Shown piece by piece: positions 52,801 through 64,000 of a stretch of DNA of 64,000 nt (position 1 is the stretch's first letter; each line of letters opens with the position of its first letter). The translations under genes were made by a program, and so were the position numbers. The notes under the pieces were generated by a model. The model saw only the letters and a list, made by a program, of their open reading frames with translations, searched no databases and was not told the DNA's origin. Source of the DNA: Octopus vulgaris (lineage: Eukaryota); NCBI GenBank assembly GCA_951406725.2, contig OX597830.1, positions 5,084,001-5,148,000 of the forward strand, written 5' to 3'.

Positions 52801-55131
52801 ATCAGTCAGATACAGCTGTAACATAAAAACATCTTGACTTCAACAATCAGGTTGAATGACGACTGTTGACACATGCAAAGTTTAACCAGGTTTTTGCTTT
52901 TTAATTATTTCCCTCTAACTCGCCCCCTTCCCCTTTCATTGCATCTCCTAGACACACACATATACATGCTTACTCACACCATGATATTTCCACTCCTCTT
53001 CACATACTGCTGCTCTCTCAGCTCTGTTAATAAAATAACATGTGACCAACCAGCTAAATACTTCCTGCATTCATTACCATCATCACTTGTTGAATAAATA
53101 CATCACTAATTCTCTCCCCCCCCCTTTGTCTCGTTCATCTAGAAAAAAAGCATATGCTCAACATACTGATGTGTTCCTTTTCTGCACTACTTAATACACT
53201 GACTTCTGTTTTTAATACAACTTTATTCCAATGGATTACTTTCAACAACACAGACCCACAATGGGTCTTTCCAAATTCTCAATATTCCACCTAATATTGA
53301 TTAGTTTGTGAGAAAATTAAGAATGTGCATAAAATCCCAAGAGATGACAGTGTGGATGCTGAAAGTAGCCTTTGATAAGTAATTTGAATGCAAAATGAAT
53401 TCTTTAATAGAAACAATAATTAGTTCTTTCAAGACAATCTCTTGAAGAACTACTGACCGTTTTAGTGTATGGAGGGGAGATTTTCATGATAGAAGTTTAT
53501 TCATCCAGTTGAAATCTGTAAATATAGGCTGTGATTATTAAGGGCACTAGTTTAAAGTTAGTTAAAATATAGGCCATCACAATTACTCAAAAAACAACAA
53601 CAAAAAACACTCAGAAAATAAGAGGTCTTGCAGGGATAAAGGCACAAAGAAAATAAAACCATATGTTCAATCATTGATGAAGAGAATGTCTGAAATAAGT
53701 TGATCATATTTATTCTCTATGTCAATAAAAATAATATGGCATTTAAGTTGCTAAAACAAATATAACAATTATGATATAAAAATCCCCAACTTGTTATACC
53801 TAAAGGTATAATGCATGTATTAACAGTCATGACAAAATTAGTAAAAGATTAAGTAAGCATCAATAGGTTTTATTCCAGTTGCCAAGAAAAGCATATCATA
53901 CAGAACTACTTTGCATTTATGAGCGTAGAAAAGGCTTTCATAGGAGAACCATATCCATAAAGCTAGAGAGAACTCTTGCTTAATGGATTGTAGTGTGGAG
54001 GATTAGTTTGTAAGACATTTTCATAATTTATAACACTTGGAAATGAAATATACATATGGCTGTGGTGGAGGGAGAGAATTAATGGTGGGGTGAAATACAT
54101 AGATTGTTGTGTAGAGTGCATTAGCAGGAGAAACAGATGGCTAGGTACAGGGAAATATTACTTTGCTCGGAAACAGCTGAGGGTTGACAACAGGAAGGGT
54201 GTCTTGTTGCAGAATTTCTTTCTCAATGAATTGTCTTAACCTATGGGAGTATAGAAATGTGGGTGTCAAAATCATGATGACAATAATGGTATTCCTTAGA
54301 TTTATGTACATTATTAATAAACCTTTTAGTTATCTTCCTTGAAAACATCTCAACAGACAAGACTACATTGACAAAATATGGATGTCAAGAATGCAATAAC
54401 GTTTTAAATGGCATTCAGTTACATGATATAGGAGAAAAACAAAATTAAACAATTGACAGATGCTATGAATATATAATATATAAAGGATTTTATTCACAGT
54501 CAACAGCTGCATTAATATTCATTTTGTTCTTTCTTTTATAGCAAATTTGAAGTAAAAGCCACCAGGCATTACTCTATGAAATACATCTTTCATTTGAAAT
54601 TATATAATATGCAATAAATTGTATGACAAACATCTTTTATATATATATATATCATTATCATAAAGAATTTTTATGTCTGCTTTCCATTTTGAAATGGATT
54701 GGCCAAGTTATCACAGTTAAAGTTCTTTGGGTTTTTTTATATATATATTTTGAGACACTGAAAGCAGAGAATTAATTATTGAGGCCAGTGCTCAATCATG
54801 TCATTTTGACTTTGTTCCTTTGAGTCCTTCTTAATGCCAATCATTTTACAGAGTGTACTTGGTGCATTTTCTCATGGAACCAGTACTAAAGGGTTTGATA
54901 AGTTCTCAGTGAGACTTAAGGGACATTTAAGCCCTGTCTTTTCTCTACTTAATTGCCATCCAATGTACATTGTTTACTGGGTGTATTTTTCATGGTACCA
55001 GTACTAGGGAGGTTGTAAAATCCTAGATGTGACAGAACTAAGCAACCACTGTACATTACCTGTGCTTGCTTACTAATCATGTTAGTGTGCATGCATGTAT
55101 GGGGGAGAGGTGTTCCATTATGCCACCAGCA

Positions 55132-55385
55132 TTCATCATCATCATTGTTTGACGGTGGTCGAGACAATGGAATTTACCATGCTACGCCAGACTTCACAGT
55201 CCATCATGGCATTACAGAGGTCCTGTTGCTGGATGCCTGTATCCCTGGAGATTACATCAGGGTAGGAGAGTGTGCACCCTCTGGTATTGCGAGTAGATGG
55301 CTTCCAGAGGAGAAGAGTAGAAATTACCTCTTTTTCAGCTCTACAACAATGTCCAGCAAACTGGACTCTCCTACCTTTCACATTA
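55132..55385 (-). mobile_element. RTE 3' fragment (family B)
   Basis: RRVQFAGHCCRAEKEVISTLLLWKP..., highly similar to 16403-16718, with (GAT)n tail. Confidence 0.88.
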
Positions 55386-58323
55386 GAGGAGGATGCCTTG
55401 TACGCTGTGTATGTAAAGAGTACTCAGAAACTTAAGGTATCTATTTTCACACAGGTAATGTGGTAGTGAAGGGTAACAGTAGCAGGCAAAGATGTGGGGT
55501 GTGAAAGGGGCAAGAGTAGGATGGCAGAGGCAGATTTAGTGAAATGTTAGGCAATAGCAAAAGGAAACAAGAATGGGGGGGGGGGGTGACAAGTAAAGCA
55601 TAAGTCATCCAGAAGAGGGAGGGAAATGGATAGCAGTGTAGATAAGGTAAAGAATGCATTAGCCCCAGATAGTTCAGTGCATTTATATGTGAAAGAGCTT
55701 AGCCTAGCGGTTAGGACGTTGACTTCATAATTGTGAGGTCATAGGTTCAATTCATGAACTAGGTGGTGTTTGATATGCTTGAGCAAGGCAATGCTGATAC
55801 AGCCCTCACTCCTTCCAGCTGGCACATCCTGCTGTTATGCTGGGTCGAGTGTGGGCAGACTGAAAGTTTATGCATCAGTTCAGGAATACATCAACGCCTA
55901 AAACAATGAATGAAAGTATGGTGCATGCTACCAAGTCTTACCCACTTTCAAGTGATGGAAAAGCACACACACAGACATACATACACAAATATAAATGCAC
56001 ATAGACACATAACAAACACGTGGAAAACATACAAAAAAAGAAGCATTTCATTCTCTGCAATACATTTTTCTTTCAATGGTAGTCATTGATTGTTTAAAGC
56101 AACAAAAGCTGAGGCCAACAGTTTACTGAGAATTCCCCAAACACACAACTATTATGCGGCAGCATAATTAAAGATATAATGTTGGTGATGTTAAATCAAG
56201 AGTTTGAAGACCTGCAGGCTAAAGTAATATAAAACGAGTATATATAAAATTGAAAGACAGTGAAATGAATGGTGGTTCTCTGAATGAAAAGTGCATGTCT
56301 TTAGAGGTGAGAGCAGGAGTGGAAAGAAAATGAGAGTATATGCAGACTGTCAGTTTGAATAAATAGAGAATGCAGTTATTTTATATTGGGTTAAGGAATA
56401 CCTTTTGATGAGAATAAGGTCCCCTCTACTGCTATAAAGACTATGACCCGTTTTTTTTTTTTTATACATGATAGAGGATGTAGGTTACTGCCTGTGTCAC
56501 TGCCATAGCATCTATGAAAGAATCAACAATAGGATATATTTTGGCATGGGAAAGATAGCTAAACCTATATTCAGGTCATTTAGTTACAAATCAAGTGAGA
56601 GATGAGTGGAAATTTGAAAGTGTAGCACAAGTTGTGAGATGAAGGATTATGAAATTGCATGGTGATGTAGAGGAGTAATTAGGTTCTTATTCTTTAAGAT
56701 AAATTTGTTAGTAGAGCCATTCCTCATTACAAAGTAGTCAAAGATCCTCTTTAACAGATGACATTATTGCAGCTGACAAGATAATAGATTTAATAAAGTG
56801 GAATGGCTGGCTGAGTTATTTGTGGAGGATTTGATGAAGTTAATAGTGACTGACATTTGGCAATTAATAAAGAGACAATTAATCAGGAGAAAGAACAAGA
56901 TGGATCCATAGAGTACATTAGAATTGATGAGAGCAAGAGATGATGCCAATGAATAAAGACAAGGGAAAAGAGTAGTTCAGACGAATAGTAACCAGTCGAA
57001 TCTATTATATACCAGTTTACTTAAAATATGCGACTAAACAGAACAAAAATCTTTCTCTCATTTTACATTAACAATAAAAGTGAACTGAAATGTGTGTGTG
57101 TGTGTGTGTGTGTATGTGTGTGTGTGTGTGTGCACATACACACACCCAATATACTCTAAAGTAGATGGCAAACAGAAACCTTGAAGGGTCAGGAAGACTC
57201 TAGCAGAGTCTCTCAGGTTGCGTTGGTGAAATGCATCCAGAATCGTATGTAAAGTGGTCAATGTTAAAAAGGACAAAGAGACAGTAGCAGAAGTAGAATG
57301 CACAAGCAACACTTGGCTCTCTGCCACATCCAGGGACAGGACTCTCCGTCAAACCCTTACCAGCGTGGGAAGTGGGCACAAAAATGATCGCACATACACA
57401 CATGTACAAACTAAGATATACATGTATTTCAGATATATGGAATGTTACTATCTTGAAGAATATAATCATAAATGTGCTCCATGAGCAATAAATGTTGGTA
57501 AATAATTCAGAGTTATGGCACAGACTGCATGTTTGTCATGGTTGTAGATAATTACATTCTGTATTATGTTAATATGTTTTGTTTAATATAACTCACAAAA
57601 ACGGGGCAATTTCACATAACCATATATACACAATTATTTATATATGCAATTTGATATACATACAGGAATGAATGCAGGGATTATATGCATGCATGAATAC
57701 CTGCATAAATACTATACAGGTGTAATCATGTGTATATATTCACATGAAGGTGTATACAGGTTGAAACATACATGTACAGTATTTATATGTACAGTATTTA
57801 TATGCATAGGTGTAAATTACCATCACTATTTTATTAGCTTACTACTATTCTGAGTTAAAACTCTTTACTCATGGTTAGAGTTTAGAGAGGAATCCCCCCT
57901 GAAGCTGATTTGTTCTAGCTATACTATATAACTATATGAAGACAGTGTTTTCTGCAATAGCCTCTTCTCCAATGTTTTATGGCACACATTATACATATTT
58001 ATGACATAAACTATACATATTTAGGCATATGGGCTGTAATGTATGTTTTTAATATTCTCTTTCAGTAATTTTATCATATGAAAAGCATGGTTAATTGCAG
58101 GAGTTTTCTTTATTGGTCAACTTAAAAAAAATTAATGGCTAGTTTACTATGAGAGACATGTGTATTAGTTTTCTTATTTGCATGGAATTTATTACATGAA
58201 ATTGTACAAGGCAAATTAATTTATTGCAAAATATAGTGAGAATTTTTTTAGAATTTAAAAATTTGTATCTAATAATCCATGTATTGCTAAAAAGATTATT
58301 GATTTATATCTTGCAAGAATTAC

Positions 58324-58557
58324 CGTCATTAACATTTCCCAGTATCTGATATAATTCAAATAACTGGAATATAAAGTATTGCCAACAATAATTCCCAAAC
58401 TAGAGCCATCTTTAAAGACATCCTCACCAAAAACGATCAACATAACTCCAAGTCTATTGTGTGTGGTGAGGGAGATGTTTAAATGAAAATCTGAGTCATG
58501 TAAACCATGGAAACCTAACCATAAAAATGTATTACTACTCATAACTCTTGGCTCTCT
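58324..58557 (-). CDS. Candidate exon of an unidentified gene
   Basis: Acceptor aaatttag|, donor acg|gtaatt, 78 open codons (REPRVMSSNTFLWLGFHGL...YWEMLMT) in non-repetitive DNA. No homology recognised. Confidence 0.25.
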
Positions 58558-59439
58558 CTAAATTTTCAAAACATTTTTTGCTGCTGTTGAAAGACTGGCA
58601 TGGAATTGAGAAACAGGAATACAGAAAATTATCTTTGCAGCTAACATGCTTTTTATTTTGTTATGGACAAAATGCTCTTTTGCTTTTGTTGGTGTAGTGA
58701 AGTGCTTGTATATATTCCATTTTCTCCATAAAAATTCATATAGATTATAAATTATCTCATCTCTTATTGATTCGAAAAAATTCAATACATAAATGAAAAT
58801 TTAATTGCTTTAACTACATAATTAAATAGTATAATTCTGCCAATATGTAATTAGGATAATTTTCCACTGTCTTGTCTGTACTAGTATATCTTATCTAAAT
58901 AACTAGAATAATTAATTCTCTACTTTCATATTTTTTTAATTGCAAAACGTTGTGGGTTTTTGTTCAATGCACTGAAAAGGAGAACATTTTCATTTTGAAT
59001 TTTAATAGGCAAATTACTTAACCCCACTTTATAACCAATCATTTCAAAGATAATGATTTGCTCCCATTTTTACATGCAATTCAGATGAGATCTGATATAG
59101 TGATGAAAGTAAAAAGGATTCTTAGTACTGGCCTATTTATTACAAAATCATTCTACTGATATCACTCCTTGTTGCCTCAGTTTTTGTTTCACAACTCAAG
59201 TTGTCTATCTTAATTACATCTTAAAAAAAAACCTGACAACCGAGTTCAAGCTTCACGTGTTTAAGGTAGATGTGGAATTTCTTTTATTCATACTTTAGGG
59301 AATCAGTATAGATTGCAAGCTGGAGCACCTTTGCCATGCAGTACTAATAATTCAGTTGAGAAAATTGGAAATATTTCCTATTTCTTTTAGAATCTTATTT
59401 AATGGCTTGTTGTTTGTAAAAACTCTCAAGAATGGCAAA

Positions 59440-59750
59440 AATCAAAACAGTTGATGTTCCACTTTGTCAGTGGTAAAGTGATGGGTGCAGAAAAGAGGGC
59501 AGGAATTCCAGAGGGCTAACGTACGGGAAAGATGGTTACAACAAAACCTGACAGTGTAGATACAATATAGATGATGAAAGAAAGAGGGGAACAGTTGAAA
59601 GAGTCTGAATGGGAATGGCAAAAACCCAGATGACTCAAAAAAGCAGAGGTACCATATTAGTATTAAAGAAATCATTATAAGGAGACAATATGTCTGTGGG
59701 TCGTAGTTGAGGTATATAACAGTAAGAGAACAATATTGACAAAGGTGCAT
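59440..59750 (-). mobile_element. Ancient LINE 3' remnant
   Basis: LSRTLALWNSCP motif (FxxRTxxLWNxLP). Confidence 0.45.
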
Positions 59751-60335
59751 TGATTTAAACAGTTTAAACTAAAATTAATAGACTGCAACATTCTTTTATA
59801 AGTTTTTATAGATTTTTTGTTCATATTTGGCTAAGTTAAAAACAACAGCATAGACTTTCTAAATGTACAAATATCATATCAATAAAATTAGCTTATTTAT
59901 GTGTTTGGCTTTTTCTTTAAAATCCCGATTAACACAATGAACACCCACAGCTAAAATCTCAGGAATGTATGGAAATTAATATAGTCTCTCACATTGATCC
60001 TCTACCCCCACTTCTCCCATACTGAGTGAATAACTGTCCTCCTACTCCATCATGTCGCTCACCCTCCTCATGCACAATGGCTGTCTCTCCCTTTCCCATC
60101 CACTCATCCCTCCTCTGTCTACTATTTCATTATTATTCTGCTGTTCAGCACACATTCATCTACTTCTCCACCCATTTCTCATTGGCTACACTCAATCACT
60201 CATCCTGGCTCTTCTAAAATCTGAGTAGTCATGTAGCTCCTTTTCAGCAAGAAACTTGTCCTATTCTGGTTCCTCCTCTCATATCTTTACAAATCTTTGC
60301 CCCTCATCTCCTCATAATTTGCACCCACCTACCCT

Positions 60336-60369
<34 letters not shown>

Positions 60370-60370
<1 letters not shown>

Positions 60371-60597
60371 GTTTGTAGTCTTGTAAACTGCATGATGGTC
60401 TCACTAGTTCTGGTAGCATGAAGACAAGCACCCAGTATTATACGCTGTAAAGTGGTTGGAGTTAGGGAGGGCGTCCAGCCATAGATGCTATACCAAAGCA
60501 GACACTGGAGCATGACTCAGTCTTTAGCCCAATCGGATCCTGCCAAACTGTCCAACTCATGCTTGCATGGAACATAGACAGTAAATGATGATGATGG
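60370..60597 (+). mobile_element. Degenerate RTE-type 3' tail
   Basis: gtggttggagttagggagggcgtccagccatag...tccaactcatgcttgcatggaa...(GAT)n. Confidence 0.7.
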
Positions 60598-60811
60598 TGT
60601 GTGTATTGCATGTTAATAAGCTCTTATATAGTTGGCAAGTAGTAACTTTCTCTGTATGTCTAATATGGTTTTCCCATCATCAAATATAAAGGAAAAACAG
60701 AGTCATACCTACTACAGTAAAAATTTTAAGTTTCCACTCAAGTTATAGAGTATACCAGCAATACTAAAAGTAATACACACTCCTATAGTTAATGTCTCTC
60801 AATGGCATTTA

Positions 60812-61323
60812 TCTATATATATAAAACTGTAGTTGTGTGAGTGTCTGTCCCCTTCGATTTAGATTCCAACTATTCCCACATTTTGCGGTGCAGTTTAACC
60901 AAATTCGGGTATCTTATAGTCGTGATTCATATCAAGCCCGTCTGAGTATTAGCGCACGTCTATGATGAGTCTACAATTTAAAAAATAATTTAACATCATT
61001 TTTTATTCCATTTTAATGCATAATTTTTCGTGTGTCGATGGCGGCGGAGTTGGCGTCCTTGGTCACACCTGCACCTGTTTGCTTCTCCCCCTTCTTCCCT
61101 CCCTCATGAAGCTGTGGGGAAGGGAGTGTAAGGAAATCAACGTCGTAAAGCGTTGTCAAGGAGATCAGCGTTCTTTTAGAACAACGACTTCATGGCTTGA
61201 AGACACCAAAACAGAAATGGCTAAGAAAGCCCGAATTTGCATCTATAAGGGAAGTAACTCTCTAAAAATGCTTATATAGTTATTTCCCTTACAAACCCGA
61301 GCAACGCCGGGCGATACTGCTAG
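60812..61323 (+). mobile_element. Non-autonomous Helitron
   Basis: 5' a|TCtatatatataaaa and 3' CTAG|t. Hairpin cccgagcaacgccggg lies ~10 nt before the end. No TSD; inserted between A and T. Confidence 0.85.
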
Positions 61324-61361
61324 TTAATAATAAATATATTAATAGTTATTAACAATAATTA

Positions 61362-61781
61362 AGGTGGCAAGCTGGCAGAAACGTTAGCACACCGGGCGAA
61401 ATGCGTAGCCATATTTCATCTGCCATTAAGTTCTGAGTTCAAATTCTGCCGAGGTTGACTTTGCCTTTCATCCTTTCGGGGTCGATAAATTAAGGACCAG
61501 TTATGCACTGGAGTCGATATAATTGACTTAATCCATTTGTCTGTCCTTGTTGGTCCTCTCTGTGTTTGGCCCCTTGTGGGTAGTAAAGAAATAGGTACTC
61601 CGTCTGCTGCTACGTTCTGAGTTCAAATTCCGCCAAAGTTGACTTTGCCTTTCATCCTTTCGGGGTCGATCAATTAAGGACCAGTTATGCACTGGAGTCG
61701 ATATAATCGACTTAATCCATTTGTCTGTCCTTGTTGGTCCTCTCTGTGTTTAGCCCGTTGTGGGTAGTAAAGAAATAGGTA
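61362..61781 (+). mobile_element. SINE with internal ~180-bp tandem duplication
   Basis: ttctgagttcaaattc...gtgggtagtaaagaaataggta occurs twice (61432-61596, 61615-61781). Confidence 0.88.
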
Positions 61782-63104
61782 TTGTTTTCTAGATTATGAT
61801 GTAGTACTTAATAGGTAGCACAAATTTTGAGGAAGTCTTGAAGTTCTCCACAAAAGAGCAATTAACAAATGACATTAATAATGTGTTATTCTAGAAATGG
61901 AAAATATTTGGTGAAAATTTGGTTTCTTGCTGCTGTTAAATTGCTTTACTAGTTTCAAAAATATTTAAAACAAGCAATTTCAGCAAATAGTGAAATACTT
62001 CTGACAATCAACAATTAATATTATTTCTCATTTGTTCATCTCTAATTTTAATAATTGAGGTGTTTTGAGTTTTTAATTAAAATAATGTACTCAAATCATG
62101 TATTCAGTAGAGGTAATTATATACTCTTAAAACAAACTGCAATATTCTAAGAACACAAGAAAACTTCACAATTGTAACTGTAATTAGAATAATATTATAT
62201 GGTGTCCCAGTTTTTTTCTTTTTTTTTCCTTTGTGAAAAAGTGATAATGAAAAATAAGTTGATTATAGGTTTCATTTAGCTTATTGCTTCATTTTTGGTT
62301 ATTATTTACCTTTGAAAGAGAGTCAATAGTAATATTTCTATATCTTATTAATGTTCATCAGAGATGAGTTGAGTAAAAACAATGAGTCCCACTACATTAC
62401 TGAAGTGATTCTGTCTGGTATTGAAACAGAGTTCTTTCGTTAAGTTGCTCAAACAATACACAATCCTTCGTATTATATAGAAGGGATACAAAAAAAGGAG
62501 TGCATTGCTAGCAAATGGTCATACACATTACATTTACTTACAAGCAAACCAACTGAGTGAAATCTCCAGAAATGTAAAGCATTATTGAAACCACAAATTA
62601 AATATCCTTGAAGGAATCATTTAAAAACTGTACCATGAGGACAGAGGATTAATTTGACATAAAGAAATATAAATTTTAGAGTAAAGTCTGATGGACATAT
62701 AGAAGCCGTTTGTCTGGTACAGTTGATATGATTGCAATATTTAAAAAGAACATATTGGTATGGATCTGTAAGTTTCTTGGTTTCTGTACCAGAAAGAAAT
62801 AGAAAACCAAACAAACTATGCTATTTATTTGGTGTCCATTATATCACTATGCAAGCACATAGTTGTGGGTTCAATCCTGGTACCGGGTGGTGCATTGGGC
62901 CCAAAGCACTTCACATATCATGATGCTCCAGTCAACCAGTGCTGCTTTCTCTCTTTTCCAGCTCTCACATCCTGAATATTTAATTGAGTTAAATGTGTCT
63001 ATAGATGCTCATTGTCACTTAAGATAATTAGTGAAAGTGTGGTACATATAATCAAACCGTACCTACTATCAGTTAACAACTGTACATTGTATTACAGTTA
63101 TTAG

Positions 63105-63391
63105 CAGGGGCAGATTGGCCAGGTTGCCAGCTTGCCTGATAGCAAGTGGGCCCCTGCACCATTAGAATCCATATATTGGGGCCTATGTTAGTATCTAAGG
63201 GGCCCATCCCATCAAGTTTGAGAATTTTTATTCACTCCTGGAAGAATGCATTAATTATTTTAGCCTGGCTGTGTTTGTAGACAGTTGAAAAGAATACTTT
63301 AAACAAAAATAAATAAATGATAGCACTGGAGTTGCAGGTGGGCTCCCTTAGTCTCTTGGCAACCAATATTTTTAGACCCAGTCCACCACTG
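63105..63391 (-). mobile_element. hAT-type MITE, inverted copy of the 18752 element
   Basis: Ends cccagtccaccactg. 8-bp TSD gttattag/gttgttag. Confidence 0.8.
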
Positions 63392-64000
63392 GTTGTTAGG
63401 ATAAGTAACAGCATACTCAGAGACTGTTAGCCTTCATATTTTACATTAATATACAAAACAATTTGACAAGGCAGTGTGTCATCATTGACAAGCACATTAC
63501 AAACTATGATTTCAACTCTGAGGTATCGTTCGACTAAATTAACATAAATCCCATCAAACACAAATGTTATCCCCCTCCTCCTCCTTTATCTCTCATGTTT
63601 TTATATTAGTTCCTTGATTATTTGCAAACAAAATTTATTTTGTGGAAAACCCTAGTTTATTGATAAATTAGTTCATTTATGAAACAAAATGTAGAATTGA
63701 GAAGCTTCAAAGTAAATATATCAAAGACTAAATTGTATGAAAAGAAAGTAGACTGCACCCTGGTACCATTAAAAAAATGGCCATGTTCAATATGGTGAGG
63801 AGGAGTGAGTCAAAATTGCATAAGCTATGCTCAAAGCAAACTAAGGACGTACAAAAGATGTAAAGGGATCTCAGGGAAGACAATGAAGAAGTGACATATG
63901 CCCAGAAGAAGTTAGTATTAAGAACAGACTTGAAATAAAAACCATCAAATACTCAAAAGAATCCACTATAAGTAGGACTTTTGTTCCACACTTAGCTTAG

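Noticed and set aside
57058-57484. Overlapping ORFs on both strands
   Set aside because: They lie between microsatellites, look like a decayed repeat and show no splice or domain support.

Overview
This is eukaryotic, AT-rich, microsatellite-dense DNA. The tRNA-derived SINE families, RTE, CR1-group, R4-Dong and Penelope retroelements and (TA)n/(TG)n arrays suggest a cephalopod (Octopus-like) genome; this host assignment is inference. The only well-supported host gene is the 3' part of a THSD7A/B-like type I membrane protein on the + strand. I assembled it by hand from 7-8 GT-AG exons between 5444 and 26943 with compatible phases; it covers TSP1 repeats, a Cys-rich juxtamembrane region, a TM helix and a cytoplasmic tail. 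The rest is intronic or intergenic and contains many mobile elements: a near-intact Neptune-type Penelope element, an intact RTE 3' half, an internally inverted RTE, CR1-group and R4/Dong fragments, a mariner relic, hAT and TTAA MITEs, a Helitron, Helentron-like HINEs and many SINEs. It also holds a decayed tRNA-Leu and a 1.94-kb tandem duplication. A cluster of strong splice signals and microexon candidates at 39.7-40.2 kb, plus scattered minus-strand exon candidates, hints at a second, unidentified gene. Most ORF-track entries are microsatellite translations. I found no clearly novel biological system; the candidates are ranked in the findings.
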